64,000 nt of DNA from the IMG/VR virus record IMGVR_UViG_3300008259_003073; one strand, written 5' to 3'. Source of the stretch: a virus. Lineage: Duplodnaviria > Caudoviricetes. Made by a program: the position numbers and the translations under genes. This document shows positions 56,667-64,000 of this stretch, in pieces (the stretch's first letter is position 1; each line of letters opens with the position of its first letter). Below the pieces are notes generated by a model that did no database searches, was not told the origin of the DNA, and worked only from the letters and a program-made list of their open reading frames with translations.

Positions 56667-57391
56667 ATTCCTCCTCCTCCTGAATCTGCTTCAATAAAAT
56701 GGACAAATATTGCTTGTACATTATTAATATCGTTCCAAGGTATAGTTATTGTCAAATCGGAAACAGTTCCACCATCAGAAAAATAAGTATTAAAACTATT
56801 AACTGGAGTCCCATCTGGTCCGTTTCCATTGATACTACAATTTTCTATTGTTGGAGATACACCACATTGGTCGGATATTCCTCTATATCTTCCACTCGAT
56901 TTACTATTAACTACAATTTCAAAACCACTTGAATAATTATTTGAGTAATCCCAATAGATATCAAATCTACCACACCCACCCAAGCTATTATCATTACCAA
57001 GAACTCCTGCCAACGAACGAGGATTAAATGAACCACAATTGGAAACATAAATTGATGTGTAATTGTTATGAATTTTACTTCTTGGGATTTTTATTTCACC
57101 ATAAGTATAGGCAAGACTATCTACCATAAAAGCTTGAATTCCACCTGCTAATCCAATGTTGGTTTCAAAATCAAAAAATAAAGAATTACCAAATCCACTT
57201 ACATCTTGTGTTTGGTCATTAGCAGAAAATTGTGTCAAATCAGGAATATATTGATTTTCTGCTATATTAGGCCAACGAATTTCAATTGGAAAAAATGCGT
57301 ACGGAGTTGATGAGGTAGGTAAAACAGCACCTTGTCCTGATAAGTGATGTTTTAATTGTATTCTCGATGTTGGTATTGTTATAGCTGACAT
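56663..57391 (-). CDS. Hypothetical protein, probably virion-associated
   Basis: Coupled directly behind the tail fibre gene; beta-rich and Gly/Ser-rich. Confidence 0.4.
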   Translation of the reverse strand: MSAITIPTSRIQLKHHLSGQGAVLPTSSTPYAFFPIEIRWPNIAENQYIPDLTQFSANDQTQDVSGFGNSLFFDFETNIGLAGGIQAFMVDSLAYTYGEIKIPRSKIHNNYTSIYVSNCGSFNPRSLAGVLGNDNSLGGCGRFDIYWDYSNNYSSGFEIVVNSKSSGRYRGISDQCGVSPTIENCSINGNGPDGTPVNSFNTYFSDGGTVSDLTITIPWNDINNVQAIFVHFIEADSGGGGI

Positions 57392-57392
57392 A

Positions 57393-60300
57393 TTACCTAT
57401 TTAATAACTTTTTAATTGATATTATTTCATTTTTTAATTCAACAATTTCACTATTTTGTTCTTTTATTCCCTCAATCAATAAAGCAATTATCTTTTCATA
57501 ATCAACTCCTAAATACCCATCTCCTTTTTCTCTTACAACTTCTGGTAAAACTTCTTGAATTTCTTGTGCTAAAACCCCAACCTCTTGAATATTTTTTGGT
57601 TTGTTAGAAATACCGTTCCAATTAAAAGTATATCCTCCAATTTTTTTAATCTTATCCATTGGGTTTGAAATGGGAATAATATTTTCTTTTAATCTTTTAT
57701 CAGAACTAGATAGTGCGTACATATCACCAGTTGCTCTAATATCACCATTAATAGTTAATACCCCACTTGATATTGAGATTTCACCAACTGATAAATTTGT
57801 TATTGCACCATTTGTTGCACTTAATGTTGAGAATGTACTCAAACCTGTAAAGTTTGATGACCCTTTTACTGTCAGAAAATTGGTAGAAGATAAACTGGTA
57901 TCAACTTTGAATTGGTTTGACCCATACAAAGATTGTAAACCTGCTTGGCAAATTTCAACACTTCTTGGAGCACTACCTACCACTGCGTTAACACCACTAA
58001 AGTTTGGTGTTTTTAATGTTATACTTTCACCACTAACTAAATAATTTACACCAATTTGATGTTTTATTCTAACATCATATGTTCCGCCTGAAGGGATTAT
58101 TATGGATGCTCCACCAGTAGAAGTTATACTTCTTTCATAATTTGGATTATTATAAAAAACATATCCAGATGCAATTAACGCTTCCCCTACACCTACAACT
58201 TCCAAACTTATCCAATGATAGGTCTGAACGTAAGTAGCAGTAGATATTTGCATTAAGTACGAAGTACCAAGAGAGTTTGAAATCATTGCCGATATTTCCG
58301 CATCTGTCATAGAAACCTCTGTTCCAGCTGCAACAACACCCGTTGATACGGTATTTGAATTAAAAGTAGTACTCGCTTCAGCTTGTAAGTTTTGTCCAAA
58401 TACAGGACCGTTTCTTGTTGTTGAACTTGTGCCACTAAAATCGGATAAAGCGGATGTAGAACTTGCTATTCTAAATGAAGTATCATCCGTCATAATTACT
58501 GCGTTTCTAGACCCATCTTTTATGAAGAATCCTAAATCGGATGAATTTATTTCAATTGTACCAGTACTAGTTTTACTTATCTTATCATTAGAAATTGACC
58601 AACCTCCAATTGTAGCACCTAATGCGGATAATTCACTTACTGTTATTTTATTAGCGGTTACCGCGCCAGCTGCTATTGTGGTTGCGGTTACTGCGTCAGC
58701 TGCAATTTTACCTGCAATAATTGCACCAGCTGCTATTGTGGTTGCAGTTACTGCGTCAGCTGCAATTTTACCTGCAACTATTGCATTTGCAACTATTTTA
58801 CCAGAAGTAACTGCATCTGCTGCTATTTTACCTTCCGTTACTGCATTAGCCGCTAATTCTGCATTTGTTACGGTACTTAAAGTTGCCAATCCACCTAATC
58901 CAGTAACTTGTCCAGTTGATACGGTGTTTTGAGTTGCTAATGTTCCAAGACCAGTAACTTGACCAGTTGTAACACTATTTGCAGTTGCTAATGTTCCCAA
59001 TCCAGTTACTACAGTATTTGGAACTGTACTACCAACACTTAAATTACCAACTATGTTTAGATTTGTTCCATCCCAAGTTAAAGAATTTGTTGCAGATTTT
59101 AAAGAAAGTTTGGAAACTCCACTATCTTGACCTAAAAATATACCAGTATTATTAAACCCTTGAGAGGATTGTCCAATCGAAATATAAGGATTTGTAGAAC
59201 CACCCGCTATAGTTATATTTGCCGAACTTAATGTGGTTGAAGTCGTACCAATGTTTATTGTATTTTGAACAAATGAATCTTCAAATATACCTATTTTAGC
59301 TGCAACAAAGAAATCTTGTGCACCCAATGATATCCAACCCGTTTGTGATGATTGATGTGGTGCACCATCCGCGACGTTTCCTGTAGCTGAAAGATGTTGT
59401 CTAGTGGTTGCGTAGTAAGTATTATACGGTGGTGAGCCAGTTGAACTCCATAGAACAGTATCTCTTCTACCTGTCCCAGTTGTTAACCCATCTGAAAATT
59501 GGTATGTTCTACCACTTGTCCAAACTCCAGTATGAACTACACCAGGTCCAGTTTGGCCATTGGCACCATTTGCACCATTTGCTCCCGTTGCTCCCGTTGC
59601 TCCCGTTGCTCCGGTATTACCGATTCCACTTACTCCAACTTCAAAATCAATAGTTCTGCCAGTAAATGCAGTACCTTCAGAGTTTCTGTAAGAAATAGTT
59701 ATTACACCACTTGTACCACTAATACTAGTTGGAGTGTTTGGGGTGATTGTACCATTGCCATTATTTGTAGCGTTTGTGACACCAGTTATATTAAAAGTAT
59801 TTGCTCCACTTGTATTGTATGTATAATTTGACCCACCTTCGTTTACTACAACGGTTACATTACTAGGTGTCCCTATACCAACTAACGAACCACTAACTAC
59901 GGTTTGTGATTGTGGATTTGCAGAAATGTTTACAACGGGTGCAGAACTTCTTACTCTAGAAATCGTAGCAGTTACATTCTTTGTACCTGAAACACCTTCA
60001 CTATCGGTGAAATTGACAGGAATTGTTACTGTTCCACTATCGGATGTCATCGAAGATGCATTACTTGAAAACACTATTGTATTAGAAGAAACACTACCCG
60101 CTAATCCATTTGTATAAGTAGGTGTTCCTAATGATGTAAATCTACTTATACCACCTTCTAATGCAGTTACAGTTAGGGTTTGTGGTGTAGCTGAACCACT
60201 ACCACGAGAATTTGATTGGATTGATTGTGCAGTTGGTGAAACTGAAACTTCCACATTTGGTACTCCTCTCTTACTTTTTGAATAGGTTACCACCTTTGTT

Positions 60301-62633
60301 ACATCAGTTGTATCTCCTGCTCCATCTTTATATCTTACTAATAACGTTAAAGAACCACTATCGGCAGTTAAAGTAGTAATACCATAAGTTGCATCATCAG
60401 GTGTTGAATCGTTTGCAATACAATTCACAGCAGTTGCAGAAATTACATCAAATCTATTATTTGTTGATAATCCTTCCTCTCTTGTAATATCTTCTCCACC
60501 AACTTTAACACTTACCGAACCACTTGTTGCTGCAAATGAAGCACTTGCTACAAATCCAGTTGATAATGCTGGTAATGTTGCGTTCTCATTTGTAAGATTT
60601 ACCGATAATCCATCTAATATTTTTACAGGAGTTACTTTTATAGCATCTGAAAATTGATTACCAAATTGGTCTGAACCCGAAATGAAGTATGTAGTTTCGC
60701 CTGTTAAAAATGGATAAGATGCACCCGATAATGTGTAGGTATCTACTCCGTTTGTCGCATTTGTATCTACAAATGTTAACGGTGGTTTACCACTACCCGA
60801 ATTTACGGTCAATGGAGTTGTTGCCGATGCTAAATTCTTACGTTTAGCTTCGATTGTTATTATTTGACCTACTGGGTTTAAAGATAAATCAGTTGCTTTA
60901 TAAATGAATTGGTTTGTATTAGATGTTACAAATAATCCAGGTGCATTTTCACCATCTTCAAATCTGTATACAGTTTCAAATTGTTCCAATCCCTCACAAG
61001 ATGCAGTATATACAATTGAACCAACTAATACTGATGATATACTACCACTAAAATTTGCAATAGTTAGTGTTGCACCCGCATCACTTACATTTGTTAATGT
61101 TCCAGGATAAGTTCCTCCGTATGATGATGGGTCTATGTAATTTCCTAAAGTGTCAAACGCAGACCTACCGTATGTAACAGAACCTGTTAAATTTGATTTT
61201 GAAACCTTAAATCCCAATTGTTGAAAAGCAGGATTACCAAATGAACCACTAGAAAATCTAAATGCAGTTCTATCCGAATCAAATGTTAATAATTTAGTGG
61301 TTATTCCTGCAGTTCCACCTGTAAAATTTGCACTTTGTGTTACCGATACTGGAACAAAATTATTGTTCACATCGTAAAATTCAAATTTAAAATTATATGT
61401 TTCATTACCAATAACTGTAGGCATTGTTGTAATAAACGAAATCTCATCTGGTGAAAATGCGGTATCTTCGGAAAGTCTTAAACTTATATTTCCAACATGC
61501 CATTCTCCTTGTGATTGAGAAAAATATAAAGAACCACTTTCAAAATCAGAATCTACTTTAAAAGGAACTACTGTATCTAATAAATTTTTTGTAGGAGTTA
61601 TTCCATTTAATGTAGTAATTAAAACATCACCCCCATCGGACCCACTTATGTATATTCCTAAATTACTTGCAGTAGATGATGAATAGAACGCATCCAAATT
61701 TAACTCGTAAGTATTTGATGCTTTTATATTCAATGATTGTGAATAAGTTAATAATCCACTTCCATTCAATTTCAATCCACCCTCAACTCTACTAGATGTT
61801 AATTCAGTGGTTAATGAACCAGTGTTCCAAAATAAAGGCAATACTTCGGATGTAAATGTACCAGTGTTACCTATAACACTTCCACTTAATTGTGTAGTTG
61901 TTAATAATTCTTTTGATTCTACTAATATATCTTGTATTAAATTAAAATCAGAAATATCTCCTTCAGAAGTTCTAAATACTTTTACTCTTTTTACATCACC
62001 CGCGAATGTTTCTAAATTTGAAAGTTTTATATCAGCAAATGATTGATTTACTCCAGAATCAACTTTTGAACCACTTTCTATTCTGTATATTGGGGATAGT
62101 ATTTCGTTAATAGTGGCAGTTGGTCTTTTATAAAAACGAATTTTGGTAGTATTTGCTAATGTAGGATTAACATTAACAGTTCTTTGCCACTTTACATTGT
62201 AAGTACCCTGCCAATCAATTGGTATAGGTGTTAATAACCCGTTGCCATCATAGTATGAACTTAATTCACCTAGTATTGTAATTGTACATGGACCATACGC
62301 GGTTGTATCTGGATAAACATATACTGCTACAACTTTTGATACTCCTTCGTAGTATTCTGTAACAAATGTTTCACCATCTATGGAAGAGGATACTATACCT
62401 TCTCCAGGTTCGTGATATATAGTATTTCCCGCAGCATCTTTAATTTCAATTTTAACTAAAGTATCGGCTACCAATTCTTTTGAACCTGCTATTAAAAATG
62501 CGTTTTTACCACCAGTAAATGCATCAGGTATTTCTGTTACATTGAAGTAAGTACTGTTTGGAGCACTATCTACTACGAATGTATTATACTTGTCTAAATT
62601 TTCAGCAAAAAGCGTTTTCTTTATTACGGCCAT
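57393..62633 (-). CDS. Baseplate/tail fibre protein with collagen-like and GKIAA repeats and C-terminal S74 intramolecular chaperone
   Basis: C-terminal SSDKRLKENI...GYTFNW...GVLAQEIQEVLPEVV...VDYEKIIALLIEGIKE; internal repeats; N-terminal domain of about 440 aa. Confidence 0.85.
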   Translation of the reverse strand: MAVIKKTLFAENLDKYNTFVVDSAPNSTYFNVTEIPDAFTGGKNAFLIAGSKELVADTLVKIEIKDAAGNTIYHEPGEGIVSSSIDGETFVTEYYEGVSKVVAVYVYPDTTAYGPCTITILGELSSYYDGNGLLTPIPIDWQGTYNVKWQRTVNVNPTLANTTKIRFYKRPTATINEILSPIYRIESGSKVDSGVNQSFADIKLSNLETFAGDVKRVKVFRTSEGDISDFNLIQDILVESKELLTTTQLSGSVIGNTGTFTSEVLPLFWNTGSLTTELTSSRVEGGLKLNGSGLLTYSQSLNIKASNTYELNLDAFYSSSTASNLGIYISGSDGGDVLITTLNGITPTKNLLDTVVPFKVDSDFESGSLYFSQSQGEWHVGNISLRLSEDTAFSPDEISFITTMPTVIGNETYNFKFEFYDVNNNFVPVSVTQSANFTGGTAGITTKLLTFDSDRTAFRFSSGSFGNPAFQQLGFKVSKSNLTGSVTYGRSAFDTLGNYIDPSSYGGTYPGTLTNVSDAGATLTIANFSGSISSVLVGSIVYTASCEGLEQFETVYRFEDGENAPGLFVTSNTNQFIYKATDLSLNPVGQIITIEAKRKNLASATTPLTVNSGSGKPPLTFVDTNATNGVDTYTLSGASYPFLTGETTYFISGSDQFGNQFSDAIKVTPVKILDGLSVNLTNENATLPALSTGFVASASFAATSGSVSVKVGGEDITREEGLSTNNRFDVISATAVNCIANDSTPDDATYGITTLTADSGSLTLLVRYKDGAGDTTDVTKVVTYSKSKRGVPNVEVSVSPTAQSIQSNSRGSGSATPQTLTVTALEGGISRFTSLGTPTYTNGLAGSVSSNTIVFSSNASSMTSDSGTVTIPVNFTDSEGVSGTKNVTATISRVRSSAPVVNISANPQSQTVVSGSLVGIGTPSNVTVVVNEGGSNYTYNTSGANTFNITGVTNATNNGNGTITPNTPTSISGTSGVITISYRNSEGTAFTGRTIDFEVGVSGIGNTGATGATGATGANGANGANGQTGPGVVHTGVWTSGRTYQFSDGLTTGTGRRDTVLWSSTGSPPYNTYYATTRQHLSATGNVADGAPHQSSQTGWISLGAQDFFVAAKIGIFEDSFVQNTINIGTTSTTLSSANITIAGGSTNPYISIGQSSQGFNNTGIFLGQDSGVSKLSLKSATNSLTWDGTNLNIVGNLSVGSTVPNTVVTGLGTLATANSVTTGQVTGLGTLATQNTVSTGQVTGLGGLATLSTVTNAELAANAVTEGKIAADAVTSGKIVANAIVAGKIAADAVTATTIAAGAIIAGKIAADAVTATTIAAGAVTANKITVSELSALGATIGGWSISNDKISKTSTGTIEINSSDLGFFIKDGSRNAVIMTDDTSFRIASSTSALSDFSGTSSTTRNGPVFGQNLQAEASTTFNSNTVSTGVVAAGTEVSMTDAEISAMISNSLGTSYLMQISTATYVQTYHWISLEVVGVGEALIASGYVFYNNPNYERSITSTGGASIIIPSGGTYDVRIKHQIGVNYLVSGESITLKTPNFSGVNAVVGSAPRSVEICQAGLQSLYGSNQFKVDTSLSSTNFLTVKGSSNFTGLSTFSTLSATNGAITNLSVGEISISSGVLTINGDIRATGDMYALSSSDKRLKENIIPISNPMDKIKKIGGYTFNWNGISNKPKNIQEVGVLAQEIQEVLPEVVREKGDGYLGVDYEKIIALLIEGIKEQNSEIVELKNEIISIKKLLNR
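58667..58785. repeat. Near-perfect 60-bp tandem duplication within GKIAADAVT repeats
   Basis: cagctgctattgtggttgc(g/a)gttactgcgtcagctgcaattttacctgcaa... at 58667 and 58727. Confidence 0.9.
59545..59627. repeat. 9-bp tandem repeats encoding collagen-like (G-X-Y)n
   Basis: gctcccgtt x3 plus (t/g)gcaccatt copies, giving GNTGATGATGATGANGANGANGQTGPG. Confidence 0.85.
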
Positions 62634-62649
62634 TATATAATATCTTTAC

Positions 62650-62658
62650 TATAAATAT
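62650..62658 (-). promoter_or_regulatory. ATATTTATA promoter-like motif for the tail fibre operon
   Basis: Exact motif 16 nt upstream of the ATG at 62633. Confidence 0.6.
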
Positions 62659-62678
62659 CCTTAAAAAATAAATCTAAC

Positions 62679-62687
62679 ATATTTATA
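62679..62687 (+). promoter_or_regulatory. ATATTTATA promoter-like motif, plus strand (divergent)
   Basis: The same motif in plus orientation upstream of the only plus-strand gene. Confidence 0.6.
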
Positions 62688-62736
62688 TAAAGAAAACTAA
62701 TAAATACTTTAATAAACTAAAGATAACTAAAGAGTT

Positions 62737-62910
62737 ATGAAATACGCAATGTTACAAATCAAAAAAGAAACCCACGAACTTCTCAAAAATTATTGTGAAG
62801 AACATGGATTTAAAATGGGAAGTTTAGTTGAAAACTTAATTAAGAAACATGTTGGTGTTCCTAAAATTCAAAACGGTGTGTTAAAAGCAGATAAAATTAA
62901 ATCTTTTTAA
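62737..62910 (+). CDS. Ribbon-helix-helix DNA-binding protein, 57 aa (not in the ORF track)
   Basis: MKYAMLQIKKETHELLKNYCEEHGFKMGSLVENLIKKH...: alternating beta-strand followed by two helices joined by a G turn. Its stop overlaps the convergent stop at 62907. Confidence 0.7.
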   Translation: MKYAMLQIKKETHELLKNYCEEHGFKMGSLVENLIKKHVGVPKIQNGVLKADKIKSF

Positions 62911-63620
62911 TCCTCGTGTGAGTAGAATGATACTATATTATATTTAATATCATTCTTTACTTTTTCAACTTCATGGAATAAATTTTTATCAGAATCTAAT
63001 ACTACAAAATTAGGAAAAATTGGATTTACTTTAATATCATTTCCATTTAAATCATGTAATATCAAATGCCCACCGTTTGATTCACCCCATTCATTATTTA
63101 AAAAATACAAAAATACACATATTCTGTTGTTAGGTTGTCCATCATCGTGTAATTTTATTTCGCAACCTTCATTGTAAAATTGCAGTTTTGTATTTTCAGT
63201 AAATCTACCAAACGATTTTTCAGGATAGTATTTTTTTACAAAGTTTTTTTGAAAATTTCTTAATACTTCATTGTTTATTTTTCCATTTATTTCTGAATTC
63301 ATAGAGGTACCAAATACCCAAGTTGGATAAAATCCACATTCTTCAATTTTTTTCAATTGATATTGATGTGCTTTATTATAAACATAATCGGCAGTATTTA
63401 AATCTTTATCATTTTTTAAATACCCATCATACACCAATTCTTCCATATATGATTGGTCGTTGTATTTAAACCAATAATCATATCTAGAATGTCTTACAAA
63501 ATTTGTATTATCTATATAATCTTTTATTTGTTTAAACCCATCTAAATCGATTAGTTCGGAATAATCTTCCAACTTACCGTAAATGTATCCACTATTTCTG
63601 TAATTTTCTATACTTTCCAT
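62907..63620 (-). CDS. 2OG-Fe(II) oxygenase, prolyl-4-hydroxylase-like
   Basis: KLHDDG (HxD); VFLYFLNNEW...GGHL; LFHEV (distal His). Confidence 0.8.
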   Translation of the reverse strand: MESIENYRNSGYIYGKLEDYSELIDLDGFKQIKDYIDNTNFVRHSRYDYWFKYNDQSYMEELVYDGYLKNDKDLNTADYVYNKAHQYQLKKIEECGFYPTWVFGTSMNSEINGKINNEVLRNFQKNFVKKYYPEKSFGRFTENTKLQFYNEGCEIKLHDDGQPNNRICVFLYFLNNEWGESNGGHLILHDLNGNDIKVNPIFPNFVVLDSDKNLFHEVEKVKNDIKYNIVSFYSHED

Positions 63621-64000
63621 TAGAAATTAATTTTACTATATCCATTTTCTTTTTTAATTTCAATCAATCCATCTACTATATCTCTCATTTGTTCTAAATG
63701 GGAAATTATCCATATAAAATCAAATTGAGTTTTAAGATATTGCATCATCATAAATAGTGATGATAAATTATCTGAATCCAATGTGCCAAATCCTTCATCG
63801 ATTACCAAAAAATTTGGACGAGGTAAGTTACACACATTGATAAGAGCAACTCTAATTGCCAATCCACTAACAAATTTTTCCATACCACTACACATCTCCA
63901 ATGGCCATTCTTGGTCATCATAAACAATTTTGGCATTGATTGATTTTCCATCCATCTCCATCGTAACTCCAAAATCAACTACTTGTGCCAAAATATTATT
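63620..64000 (-). CDS. gp46: SbcC/Rad50-like recombination ATPase C-terminus, T4 gp46-like (partial)
   Basis: CSGMEK signature; FLVIDEGFGTLD Walker B/D-loop; IISH. The frame stays open beyond the ORF-track start to the window edge. Confidence 0.9.
   Translation of the reverse strand, partial: NNILAQVVDFGVTMEMDGKSINAKIVYDDQEWPLEMCSGMEKFVSGLAIRVALINVCNLPRPNFLVIDEGFGTLDSDNLSSLFMMMQYLKTQFDFIWIISHLEQMRDIVDGLIEIKKENGYSKINF

Noticed and set aside
235-61110. The many short plus-strand ORFs in the track (e.g. 235-570, 2563-3060, 12563-12850, 22962-23513, 57601-58932)
   Set aside because: They lie antisense to well-supported minus-strand genes, have low-complexity mirror composition and no motifs; they are shadow ORFs.
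59545-63620. 2OG-Fe(II) prolyl-hydroxylase-like enzyme acting on the collagen-like fibre repeat
   Set aside because: The G-X-Y repeat has essentially no proline (GAT/GAN units), and the oxygenase is transcribed with the replication genes.
63989-63991. TTG start for a 123-aa gp46 protein
   Set aside because: The frame is open to the window edge (NNILAQ...); this is only the C-terminal fragment of a longer ATPase.
1-64000. Stop-codon reassignment, inteins or self-splicing introns
   Set aside because: Core genes (gp17, gp20, gp21, gp23) are full length and contiguous in the standard code with normal sizes.

Overview
This window is a 64-kb segment of a large, AT-rich, T4-related tailed phage genome (myovirus-like gene order). 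The host is probably Bacteroidota, inferred from a Bacteroidota-type ribosomal protein bS21 gene and A-rich translation starts without Shine-Dalgarno sequences. Almost all real genes are on the minus strand. Reading the minus strand from right to left: a gp46/SbcC-like ATPase (partial), a 2OG-Fe(II) oxygenase, a lone plus-strand ribbon-helix-helix gene, and a 1746-aa baseplate/tail-fibre protein with an S74 chaperone. Next comes a ~26-kb block of glycan synthesis and modification genes (GT7-LamG fusions, GT2/GT4/GT-B-like proteins, RmlC, SDRs, TPP E1 alpha/beta, three radical SAMs, SGNH proteins, a methyltransferase, HADs). Then a 1731-aa multi-enzyme polyprotein, terminase, portal, a set of putative internal head proteins punctuated by [ILV]-x-E protease sites, prohead protease, bS21, scaffold, major capsid, two putative decoration proteins, neck genes gp13/14/15 and Ser/Thr-rich fibre genes. 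The most notable observations are: (1) an A11/A-AAA-AAG slippery site that joins a head protein to a membrane-anchor module; (2) the protease-site-punctuated enzyme polyprotein (HIGH nucleotidyltransferase, HExxH peptidase, ligase-like domain); (3) a probable virion-glycosylation pathway with lectin-inserted GT7 enzymes and branched-sugar chemistry; (4) a bS21 that appears to lack the anti-SD-sequestering tyrosine; (5) an ATATTTATA promoter-like motif. All assignments come from motif recognition by eye; no database searches were run. No tRNA, rRNA, CRISPR array, intein or transposase was recognised.
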